Positions 41,301-50,400 of a stretch of DNA of 64,000 bases are shown here, in pieces. The notes below the pieces were generated by a model. That model saw nothing but the letters and a program-made list of their open reading frames with translations, ran no database searches and had not been told where the DNA came from. The translations under genes and the position numbers were made by a program. Numbering within the stretch: position 1 is the first letter of the stretch; every line of letters starts with the position of its first letter. The DNA is from Nitrosopumilus sp. (GTDB lineage Archaea; Thermoproteota; Nitrososphaeria; Nitrososphaerales; Nitrosopumilaceae), in the NCBI GenBank assembly GCA_963662625.1, contig OY759726.1, positions 608,001 through 672,000 on the forward strand. The letters run 5' to 3'.

Positions 41301-42765
41301 GCGCGTGCACGTTCCCCGCAACGTCGGTCAGCGAGTCCTTGACGGTGACGGTCGCCGTGGCGCCCGTGCCCACCCCGTCGCCGTCAAACGTCAGGGTGAG
41401 CGTGTCGGTGCCGGAGCCGGCGACCGCGGTGATGCTCCTGTCCTCCCGGTCGGCGGTGGTGGTGGTGTCGCCGTCGGCGTCTATCACCAGCGCGCCGAAC
41501 GTGCCCGCGCCGGCCAGGACCCGCTCCTGGGACTTTATGGTTATCGTGTTGGGGCCCGAGACCACCATGTACTTGGCGTTCGTCTCGGCGCCTTCTGCCG
41601 GGTGGTCTGCGAGAGCCGGCCTCTGGCCGTCCAATACGGCTACGTTGTATTGCTGCCTTGACGCGTTTGCTGGGGTCGCATCGTCCCTTACCGTGCCGAC
41701 GTTGACCAGGCCCGCGTCTGACACCCCCATGCCTGCACCCGAGAACGTTATGGTGGTGACTCCCGTGGAGGCATCATGGATAACGGTGTCGGGGGCACCA
41801 AGCGACTTGCCGCCTATCCTGAATGCCGAATATGCGCCGGCATCCGAGCTGTGGGGCAGGGGCTCGGACCATTCCACCTGGATCGTGTTGGGGCCCGTGA
41901 CGCGGGCGGATAGGACGTCGGGGGCCTGGGCGTCAGCCAGGTCGGTCTGGCCCCGGGAGGATTCGGCGAGCGGGTTCATGGAGACGTCCCTGATTTTGTC
42001 GGACAGTGTGATGGATCCCGTGGCGCTAGTCTTGGCATCGGTGCCGTAGAATGTTATGGTGTGCGTGTCGGTGCCGGAACCCAGGACCTTCATGATGTTC
42101 CTAGGCGTGTTGGCATGCCCGTTCTGGATTATTCCGAGGGCGGTATAGTCGGCGATTGTTGCCAGCACCCTCTCGTCATAGGTTACGGTGACCACCCTCG
42201 GGCCCGTGACGCTGGCGGACGCAAGCGAGGGCGCGAGGCCGTCGGTCGCCACGACGGACTCGTTGGTGTACGTCTTGGCGTCGTCATCCAGGGCCACCGT
42301 GCCGGTGAGCCTCACGGTGGGCGTGGCGTCCGCGTCCAGCGCGTTGCCGGAGGGCAGGACCAGGGTCGCGGTGGCGGCGCCGTCAGAGTGGGTAATTGAA
42401 GCGGGATTCACGCCGTCGACCGTGAAGGCGGCCTGGCTGGAGGTCAGGTCATCCACGCCGGCCGCGAAGGTCACCGTCACCTGCAGGTTCGCGGCGGCGT
42501 TGTCATCGGAACCTCCGGTCTGCGCCCCCTCGAGGATGTTGCCGGGGGCCGTCTGCGCGAGGGACTCGCCTGCCAGCGAGGGGGCCATGATCGCCGACGC
42601 GGCAAGGATCGCGAGCAGCGCGGCATGGGACCTCGTCTCATTCCACCCCCACGGTAGCGGCGGGCCCCGGGCCCGCGGGGACGCGGCCTGTGACGAAAGG
42701 GCCACATGGCCCGCATCCTGCCGCGGCGTGCGGAACTGTTTTTGCGGGTCCCGTCGCCATGTCAA
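35398..42765 (-). CDS. Giant secreted/surface protein: Ig-like repeats, type I PBP domain, SdrD-B-like repeats
   Basis: Signal-like segment LLAILAASAIMAPSLAGESLAQ; repeated DGQAP...ITGPNQITV.FSE.V units; PBP domain (VSCCSAAPSL, YDAVW); GTVF.D.DGDG..D.GE repeats; start uncertain. Confidence 0.9.
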   Translation of the reverse strand: MTWRRDPQKQFRTPRQDAGHVALSSQAASPRARGPPLPWGWNETRSHAALLAILAASAIMAPSLAGESLAQTAPGNILEGAQTGGSDDNAAANLQVTVTFAAGVDDLTSSQAAFTVDGVNPASITHSDGAATATLVLPSGNALDADATPTVRLTGTVALDDDAKTYTNESVVATDGLAPSLASASVTGPRVVTVTYDERVLATIADYTALGIIQNGHANTPRNIMKVLGSGTDTHTITFYGTDAKTSATGSITLSDKIRDVSMNPLAESSRGQTDLADAQAPDVLSARVTGPNTIQVEWSEPLPHSSDAGAYSAFRIGGKSLGAPDTVIHDASTGVTTITFSGAGMGVSDAGLVNVGTVRDDATPANASRQQYNVAVLDGQRPALADHPAEGAETNAKYMVVSGPNTITIKSQERVLAGAGTFGALVIDADGDTTTTADREDRSITAVAGSGTDTLTLTFDGDGVGTGATATVTVKDSLTDVAGNVHALLAGDPVPTEFNAAVHDGQAPRLEWAGITESDQVTLRFSERMNAPTVTAWDNSNYSNVTNLTISGERAPRGITTVSEGTAASDFKITFDIGTDTTPGPVGVRKTAAISVSSGVADATGNRLAPVRGGTVEAAQIPAVDSVRITAPNEITAIFTEPVTAVLGDFGDLRLDGSTTARLITGISPGNGPSATYTLTFADDSGGNGAPTGSTATIDITGVYDAATPRNTIGNLDNQRVGDGQAPTVKMSVTGPNQLTAEFSEPVYAARDHFAGFGIGTMAGSTDAREITSFTGSGSTYTMTFDGKGVGDDAQGYIDISNRVADRSAANKFAGGYPGVIYPITASKKYAIPVGDGQAPVLESISITAPNKATAEFSEPVTAPAGGDIRSAFVSFRLSDGSYRNVNSVSPDTTNSSSAILDLTFGGPAVPTGTSGTIGVTGGISDPAGNRLWVPDAPGYITYTVTAGQIPKLVSAKITAANQITLVFSEPVTAYENNFYDLRLNGNHPRAVDGIAFPNPSTITLTFAGGKAPTGSHATIDISALIDKAATPNMIRPLNDQLVGDGQAPSVRMSVTGPNQLTAEFSERVSATRADFDNLRIIPGPGASPDARKITGVTGAGSAYLIAFDGPRVTKTDSTAKIDILDSVTDAAGNKFAGDADGYTKPRAPDARYPGIPVADGQAPVALRGEFASGMTIAVAYSEAVKAHAGSSYTGLVLGTDDYRNVTDTNLSGSIHYITYIGSRAPDTTTGTVQVTAVKDLADIALGAKTIRIENRAPPTLVSASVTDGNEITVRFSEPVDAEAAHFTNLWLSGSADMREVTAASGSGTDTIVLTFGGGRAPVGASGVMDVSSQVADLVRNPLTALDNVAVTAGQVPVLLSAAVTGPNQITLVFSEGVRAAASDFANLQLFPGGQRAVTAVSGSGSATLVLAFGGPGVSTDATAILDIGTGVVDNDGAAFAGASGQRATAGQPPALTAVSISSDNATSAYQATVGDAVTVTFTASETVAIPTVTIGGIHVTGVSNPSGNQWTASRTMGQGDADGGVAFTIDYTGLDGQAGARVTATTDGSSVTYSNVGLPPLHASSAVTGPNQITVTFTEPVTAAAADFTGLELSPGGPRTATAAAISGPSAAVTFGGPAVPAHATATLTLGGGIRDADGNALAGPRTVPAADGQAPSLLSVTMYSSNADPGLATVGDTVTLGFAASEPISAPSATINGSAAQAAGGQGNAWTASRTFTDLASLGAPVTFSIDYSDLAGNAGVRAAATTDGTSVSTGVCGPGQGQHPYTGACVTPLAGSVKVGLLLSEAPAVKLEGQEARLASAKAVDDLNAWLASQGRGWTLAAPYQDNGLDGPTTLRQIQSLKAQGVDVVLGVPTSASVKYVADYVNANGMVLVSCCSAAPSLAKPDGIFRMSPTSTSLAPLLAQHAVDSGTDSLVIIYRNDTWGNDMLAAAAAAYEARGGTVASRVPYEPGTADFAATARAAQAAVQGRADASGVGVLFLGWAELAGLSAAAAATDALPSLKWFDAGVNANSPRITADPAALAFAESTRLTSIQFKEQRTDATAAVAKYVRDGLGRDPSVYAYSSYDAVWVAGQAIDRAQSATGTDVLPHVPAAAAARTGGALGPNALDANGDLALRSFNLWAVEGGAWKDRGAASTPSIRGTVFSDSDGDGIRDAGEAGIEAGVTLYGAGATYTARSNAGGYYSFSNVAAGPWTAQVDAPDTHVPSAGQSYSRTVTVAPGAAQTVDFALEPLSPSVYATLSGTVFTDADGDGRQGAGEPGLPGYAMYAIDVLTGALQESTTGADGGYAFDAIPPSPRLTLLQATYFPFDHTLTTPSFYAYLAPARGGTATFDVGFRQVLPEEAVSLYATVYRDDNANGVRDPGEGPFPGIRIDVYSYTTNELEAVTTGAGGAASKTDIAPADWVAQVALPAGYVATSPTDAASKIKGVHTAIDPAPGSSVTMAIGLAPAT

Positions 42766-42823
42766 ATCCCCTCATGGTGGTCTAGTGTAGTAATCAGTAT
42801 TAAAACCACTGCATTCACTAGCT

Positions 42824-42907
42824 GCAAGAGGTCACGTATGCTGACCGTTTAACCAACAAGGCGCGATCCTGCTGATCCTTATGGCAGGAGGTGCTAGTAC
42901 GTGCGTG
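42824..42907 (+). mobile_element. Isolated left end of the IS66-family element
   Basis: 84 bp aligns to 13399-13482 with about 9 mismatches, including the TIR (GCAAGAGGTCAC). Confidence 0.85.
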
Positions 42908-44070
42908 CGTACATGCACGGGAAGGAGGGCAGATCCATACGCCAGACGGGCAGGCTGCTCAACAGGCCGTACTCCACGGTGCGCAGGTGGCTCCTGCATG
43001 CCGTGGAGAGCGGCGGCATGTCCGGCAGGCATGACGCGGCGCCGCCCGGCGCCCCCTGCAGGCGGGACGCCTCCCAGCTCAGGGAGCTCAGGGCGGACCT
43101 GGTGGCCGGGCCCAGGAGGTGCGGCCTGGAGTCCGGGGCGCGGGCCGCGCCGCTCGTCGTGCGGCACGTGCAGGACAGGTTCGGCGTGCGGCACGGCGAC
43201 CGCGGCATGTACGACCTACTGGTGAGGCCGGGCTTCCCGCGCGGGAAGCCCGGGCCCGGGCACCCCAAACCGGCCTCGGAAAGCGCGAAGGCCGGGTTCA
43301 AAAAAAAGCGGCGGGCGCCGCCAGGCGGTACGCCGTCCTCGCCGGGACGAGTCCTCCCACATAATCGGGCGGGACGCCAGGAACGGCTGGTACCCGAGGG
43401 GCAGGGAGGCCGCCACGCCGGTCAGCCCCTCCAGGGAAAGGTCCTGCCCGTTCGGGGCGCGATCCGGGAACTGGTCCGGCTGCAGGTCCTGCGACGAGGC
43501 AAACGGTGACAGCTTCACGGGCTTTCTCTCGTACCTGCACGGGAAGCACGGTAAGTTCGTGATGCCCGTGGACAACGCGAGCTACCGCAAGTCCAAGAAG
43601 TTGGACTTGTGCCATGACGCGTTGCCTGCGGACACGGGCACCTTGCCGAACCTCCTGCGCACCCTGCCCTGAAACCTTATGGACGTAGTTACGGTGTTAA
43701 ATATTGGATCATCTTGACGGTCTTGACCACCCCGCTGCCAGGCATGGCCCGTATCGGCTCCTGCATCTCCCCCGTGCCGTCGTGCAGGACGTTGGACGTG
43801 CCGTGCCTGATCCCCTTCCACTGTACCTCTGCCGGGTTCAGCTCCGGCGTGTAGGGCGGGGAAGTACTCCAGCACCACGTCGCCCTTGAACCCGTCCAGC
43901 GCCCCTGCCAAGGCGGTGCTGCGCCACGTGGGGGAGTGCGGGGACGTCCGGCTGGAGCACTTTCCCCCGCACGCCCCGGAGCTTGACGGCGCCAGGGTGC
44001 AGTGGAGGGTGGCGGGGAACTCCATGGGCAAACCGCCTGTACGCGGACGGCGGGGAGGCCGTGGGGCCCA
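42901..44070 (+). pseudogene. Two IS630-family transposase relics with an internal inversion
   Basis: HTH RPYSTVRRW, FKKK poly-A frameshift site, DES, DNASY, P.Y/H.PEL motifs; segment 43601-43911 reads on the minus strand. Confidence 0.85.
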
Positions 44071-44423
44071 TACGCGCCATGATCCGCAAGAGGGAGATCG
44101 TTCCGGTCAAAATGAACGATTGCTTGATGTGTTGACTACGGGCACGCTCCACGTTGGGGTACCTCGCCCCCGGCAGGTACGCCGGGCCGTGGCAGCAGTG
44201 CGAGGAGGACGCCAAGCGGGGCGACAAACGGACGGTTGGAGGCGAAAAGTGTGCATGAATTGCCGCCAAAAGTGGGATCAAAGAGAGGGAGCCACTCCAT
44301 GGGCGTGCGTCCCTCGCGGGAGTCGGCAATCCGTTCGTTTGGTTATGGGCACGCCTGTGGCAGGTGCCGTCTGAAACCGGCTTTTTCGGTACGCCTGTAG
44401 TTGCGTGGGCCCGTGGCAGACAC

Positions 44424-47400
44424 CTACGGCGACGCCGCCAGGCCTATCAGCATGGTGACCGACGAGCCGGGGGCCGGGTCGACTGCCGTGTAGGCGCCTG
44501 CCACCCCGGTCACGGGGTCGGCCGGGGCCGTCGCGACATAGCCGGCCGGCGGGTACGCCTGCGCCTGCCAGTTGGCCGGCAGCAGGTCCGTCTTCGTGGC
44601 CACGCCGTCGTCGCCGGTGGTTATGGCGTCTATCGTGTTGATGGTGTACGAGTAGATCTGGACCTGCGCCCCCGGGAACGCGGCCTCGCCGGCGTCCCTG
44701 ATGCCGTTGGCGTTGGCGTCCATGTAGGCGGTCACCGACAGGGACACCCGCTCGGACTGCGGCACGGGGTAGAAGCCGACGTCGAACGTCTCGACTGCGC
44801 GCCTCTCCGGGGTGACGTACGAGTAGAAGGCGTCCGTGCTCAGGGTGTGGCCCGGCGGGAAGTAGCCCGTCTGGACCAGCGTGAGGCGCGGCGCCGGCGC
44901 TATGCTGTCGAAGGCGTACGTGCCGTCGGGGCCGGTCGTGGCGGTCACCGACTGGCCGGACAGCGCGTCGATGGCGTACATCGTGTAGCCTGCCATGCCG
45001 GCCTCGCCGGAGCCCCGCGTGCCGTCGCCGTCGGCGTCCACGAAGACCGTCCCGGTGACGGTGGCGTAGTTGGACGCCGAGAGCGGCTCCAGCGCAAAGT
45101 CGACCGTCTGGGTGGCGCCCGCCGCCACGGTCACCGTCTCGAAGAAGGACTGGCCCACGGACGGGACGTGCGTGGCCGGCATGGCCACCTGGACTGTCCA
45201 GTCGCCGCCCGCCACGGCCGAGAAGGAGTAGTACCCGCCGGCGTTGGACCTGGAGGTGTACGAGGTGGAGCCGTTGAACAGCGTCACGTCTGCCTCGATG
45301 CCCGCCTCGAGCGCGCCCTTCGCGCCGTTGCCGTCGGCGTCGCTGAAGACGGTCCCCTGCACGGACGGGGTGGACACGGTGCCCAGGTCCTTCCAGGCGC
45401 CGCCCTGGACAGCCCAGAGGTTGTAGTTGCTCAGTGCCAGGTCGCCGTTGGCGTCCAGCGTGTTGGGGCCGATGGCGCCGCTGGTCCTGGACGCGGCCAC
45501 CGCGGGGACGTGCGGGAGCACGTCCGTCCCGGTGGCGCTCTGGGCCCGGTCTATGGCCATCCCGGCCACCCAGACGGCGTCGTACGCGGAGTACGCGTAG
45601 GTCGTCGGGTCCCTGCCGAGGTTCTCCCTGACGTGTTCCATCACCTCGACGGTCTTGTCGGTGCGCTGCTCCTTGAAGTGGATGGAGGTCATGCCGGTGG
45701 AGGTGGCAAAGGCGAGCGCCGTCGCGTCGGTGACGATGTTCTGGTTGTTTGCGTTCTGGCCAGCGTCGAACCACGTCAGCGAGGGGAGCGTGTCCGTGGT
45801 GCTCGCGGCGGCCGACAGGCCCACGAGTTTTTCCACCCCGATGAAGAGCACCCCCACTCCGGAGGTGTCGTCGAGTCCCGCGGCCGCAGTCTCCGCCTCG
45901 GCCGCAGTCTCCGCAAAGTCCGTCGTGCCCGGGTCGTACGCCACCTGGGCGATCACGGAGCCTCCCCTTGCCTGGTATGACGCCGTCACGGCGTCAAGGA
46001 GCCCGGCGCCCCAGGTGTCGTCCCTGTATATGATTACCAGCGAGTTCTTGCCCGAGTCCACGATGTGCTGGGCGAGGATCGGCGCGTGCGAGACGCTGGT
46101 GGGGCTCATCCGGAAGACGTTGTCGGGCTGTGCCAGTGATGGCGCCTCCGAGCAGCAGCTCACCAGCACCATCCCGTTGGTGTTGACATAGTCCATGACG
46201 TAACCGACGCTGGAGCTGAAAGGCACTCCGAGCACCACGTCTGTGCCCTCGTCCCTGAGGGCCTGCACCTGCGCCAGCGTGGTCGCGCTGTCAAATTTGG
46301 TGTCGGTGTACGGCGCCACGAGCGTCCAGTCCCTGCCCTGGTCTGCCAGCCACTGGTTAAAGTCGGTCACGGCCTTTGCGGAAGTCAGTATGGTCTCCTC
46401 ACCTGCCAACTTAAATCCCTCTGCGTCAGAGAGCAGCAGCCCCACCTTGACGTTGCCGGCAAGCGGGGTTATGCACTGGCTGGTGTACGGGTGCGGCTCC
46501 TGCCCCGGCGGGCACTGGCCCGTGGAGACGGCGCTGCCGTCGGTGGTGGACACCACCCGGACCCCCTGGTTCATGGAGTCGTCGGCATAGTCCACCGAGA
46601 ACGTTATGGAGGCGCCCAGCGACGCCGCGTCGGTGAAGGTCCGCGCCGCCGTCCACTGGTTGCCCGATGCGTTGGAGGCCTGGACGGTGGAGCCGTTCAT
46701 GGAGACTATGGGGTCGGAGATCGGCTCGGACGCCGTGAAGCTCAGGGTCACCGTGTCGCCCACGGTTGCAAAGCCCGGGTCGTCGTTGGACGACGCCAGG
46801 CCCACGAACGGCAGCGACGGGGCCTGCCCGTCGGCGGCGGCGACGTTGAGCGGCCCGGCAAACATGTTGCCGTCGGCGTCCGTGATGCCGGAGCCCACGG
46901 TGACTGACGCCGTGGCGTAGGCCGGGACCGCGGCGCCGCCGAAGGTCACCGTGACGGAGGAGCCTGCGCTGGCGGCGCCGGTGACGTTCCTGACGCCGCC
47001 CGGTATCAGGGTCATGTTGGCAAAGTCAGCCGCGGAAGCCGTCACGGGCTCGGTGAATGTCACCGTGACGGAGTTGGGCCCGGTCACCGCCGAGGAGACG
47101 TGCAGCGGCGAGAGCCCCACGTTGCTGTAAAAGACCGACGAGCCGTCGGTGGTGGCCGTCGCCCGCGTGCCGTCGTTGCCGTCCATGTCTGAATAGTCGA
47201 TCGTGAAGGCGAGCCTGCCGTCGGTGTCGCCCTGCTGCATCACCCTGGAGGCGGTCCACTGGTTGCCCGTCAGGTTGTAGACGCTGTCGGCGGCGTTGCC
47301 GTCGATGGTGACCGCCGGGAGCGATATCGCCTCGGACGCCGTGAAGCCCAGGGTCACCGTGTCGCCCACGGTGGCCTGCGAGGCGTTTGTCTGGTTGTCG

Positions 47401-50400
47401 GAGGACATGGTGACGCTGGACAGCGCTGGCGGCTGTCCCGCCTCCGCCCTGTAGCCCGTGACGGCCACGAACGCGGTGCCGTCGTTGTCCACGATTCCCG
47501 TGGTGACGTCCAGCAGGGCGGTCGCCGCCGTGGACACGGCGGGGCCGTCAAACGTGAGCGTTATGGTGTCCGTGCCGGAGCCCGAGACCGCCGTGACGCT
47601 CCTGGGGCCCCCCGGGAATAGCTGCAGGTTGGCAAACGCCGAGGCGCCGGCGGTGACCCCCTCGGAGAAGGCCACGGTTATCTGGTTCGGGCCCGTGACG
47701 GCCGCGGACACCAGGACTGGCACCTGCCCGGCGGCCACCATGTAGCCGGTCTTTGGCGAAAGGGCGTTTCCTATCAGGTCGGCTATGGAATCCGACACGT
47801 CCATCTGGCCGGAGGTCCCCACGGGGGCCTTGGGGCCGTCAAACGTGAGCGTTATGGTGTCCGTGCCGGAGCCGGCGGCGCCGGTGACGTTCCTGGGATC
47901 GACGGCGTCGCCCACCACCAGACCGGTAAAGTCCGCGGCAGACGCCGTCACGGGCTCGGAGAATGTCACCGTGACCCGGTCGCTGCCGGTGATCCTGGCG
48001 GACAGAAGGGTCGGGTCGCCCATCGCTTCCACCTTTATGCTCCCTGCCTCGAGCGCGATGTCGGCCAGGTCCTTGACGCCGGTGACGTTGTTGATCACCC
48101 CGGTGGTGGACCGGTCCACGTCGTCGCCCGTGAAGAGCAGCTGGTGCGTCGCGGTCGTGAACTGCCCGCCAGCAGGGTCCCTGTTGTCGTTGGCGCCAAA
48201 CACCAGGTCGGGGTAGGAGGTCACCGCGTTGGCGGTCACGCCCTCAGAGTACACGATCTTTATGGAGTTGGCGTCGGCGAACTCCCCGCGGAGCACCAGC
48301 GGGGCCTGCCCGTCGGAGACCGGCACCCCGGCGAACTTGCCCTCCGTCTGGGGGGTCTTGGTGCCGTCGGCGGAGAATCCCGCAAACGCGTTCTGGCCGC
48401 GCGAGGTGTCCGATATGCCGGCCATTATGTCGATCTTGGCGGTGGCGTCGGTCCCTACCGCGTCGCCGTCGAAGGCCATGGTGTACGTGGAGCCCGATCC
48501 GGCGAATCCCGTGATCTTCCTTGCCTCGTCCTCGTAGAGGACGTTGTTGCTGCTGTCGGTGCCCGCGGCGATCATGAGGCCGTCAAAGTCCGCCAGTTCA
48601 GTGGCGACCGGCTCGGTGAACTCCGCCGTCAGCTGGTTGGGGCCGGTGATCGACACCGTCACCCTCGGCGGCTGCCCGTCCTCTACCGCCTTGTCCTGGA
48701 GGGGCTTTAGCGTGTTCCGCGGGGAGGCGTTGTCGATCGGGCCCGCTATGTCCACGGTCGCGACCGCGTCGGTCCCCACCGGGTCCCCGTCGAAGGTCAG
48801 CTCGACCGCGGCGGCGATAGTGGAGACGTTCGTGACGGCCCTCGCCGTGGGGCTGCCGTCGATCCTCAGGTCGGTGTAGTCGCCCGGAAACGTGCTTACG
48901 CTCTCGGAGAACTCCACGGTCAGCTGGTTGGGGCCGGTCACTTTGGCGGAGAGCACCGTCGGGATCTGCCCCGCCTTGACGGCGTAGTTGACGTACCCGG
49001 GCGGGCTCGGCACCTGGAACGCGTTTCCTGACGTGTCCTCGATTCCGCCGGTGACGTTTACCGTCCCGCTGGTGCCGGTTGGCACGCCCGTGCCGCCGAA
49101 GGTCAGCTTGATGGAGGCTGACGGCTCACTCGTCACATCGTTGATGTTGCGGAAGTTGCCGTCGGACAGGCGGAACGCCACGAACGCGGACTTGAGGTCG
49201 CCGCCGTCGGGCTCTTTGACCGCTTCGGAGAACTTTGCGGTCACCTGGTTGGGCCCGGTGATGGAGATCGACTCCAGGGCGGGCGCCTGGCCGTCGCCGA
49301 CCGGGACGTCCGCGTACTTGCCGGCGACGGGCTCGGTGGCGGCGCCGTCACCGTCACGGACCACGAACTTGTTGCCCGCCGGCCTGTCGGCCACCTTGCC
49401 GGAGATGTCGACGTAGCCGGTCGCGTCGTCGGCGACGGGGTCGCCGTTGAAGGCCATGGTGTACGTGGAGCCCGATCCCGCGAATCCCGTGATCTTCCTC
49501 GCTTCCCCGCCGGTGGTGGGGCCGATCGTGAGGCCGTCAAAGTCCGCCATCCTCGCGATGACCGGCTCGGTGAACTCCGCCGTCAGCTGGTTGGGGCCGG
49601 TGATCGACAGCTCCACCTCCGGCCGCTGCCCGTCGGACACCGGCTGGTTGTCGATGTCGACTTTTCCGATGGCGTTGGGGGGAGTCGCGCCGTCTACCAC
49701 GCTCTTTGAGATGTCTATGGTGGCCGTGGCGCCCGTGCCCACCTTGTCGCCGCCGAAGGTCAGGGTGTATGTGGCGCTCGGCCCGTTGCCCGGGGATATG
49801 CCGCTGAGCGTTCTTGCGGTGGCGCTGCCGTCGATCCGCAGGTCGTTGAAGTCTCCCTGCACTGCGGTGACGGACTCGGTGAACACCACGGTCACCTGGT
49901 CGGGGCCGGTGATCTCTATGGACTTGACCGCCGGCCTCTGCGAGGCGTCCACGGCGACCCCCGACCTCGCGACGATCGGGTTGCCCTTGGAGTCCAGCAC
50001 GCCTTTGCCCACGCTGATGGTGCCGGTGCTGTCGGCCGGGGCGCTAGCAAGGGGCGGGACGTCGTCGTTGGAACCAAAGGTGATGTCGTAGGCGTTTGGA
50101 ATGGAGGAGTGGGCGGCGGCGCTGGTCAGGGTACTGGCCGTGCGCTGGCCCGTGACCAGGAAGTCGGTGATGTTGGTCAGAACGCCGCCGGTGGTGGCGG
50201 TGATGGTGCCGCCACCCATGGCCTCGGAGAACGTCACGGTGACTTTGTTGGCTGTGGTGATACCCGCCGACACCAGGGTGGGCGCCTGGCCGTCGTAGAC
50301 TGCCACGTCGGTGACCTGGGCGGGGACCGGGTCGCCGGCGAGGAGCGCGTGCACGTTCCCCGCAACGTCGGTCAGCGAGTCCTTGACGGTGACGGTCGCC

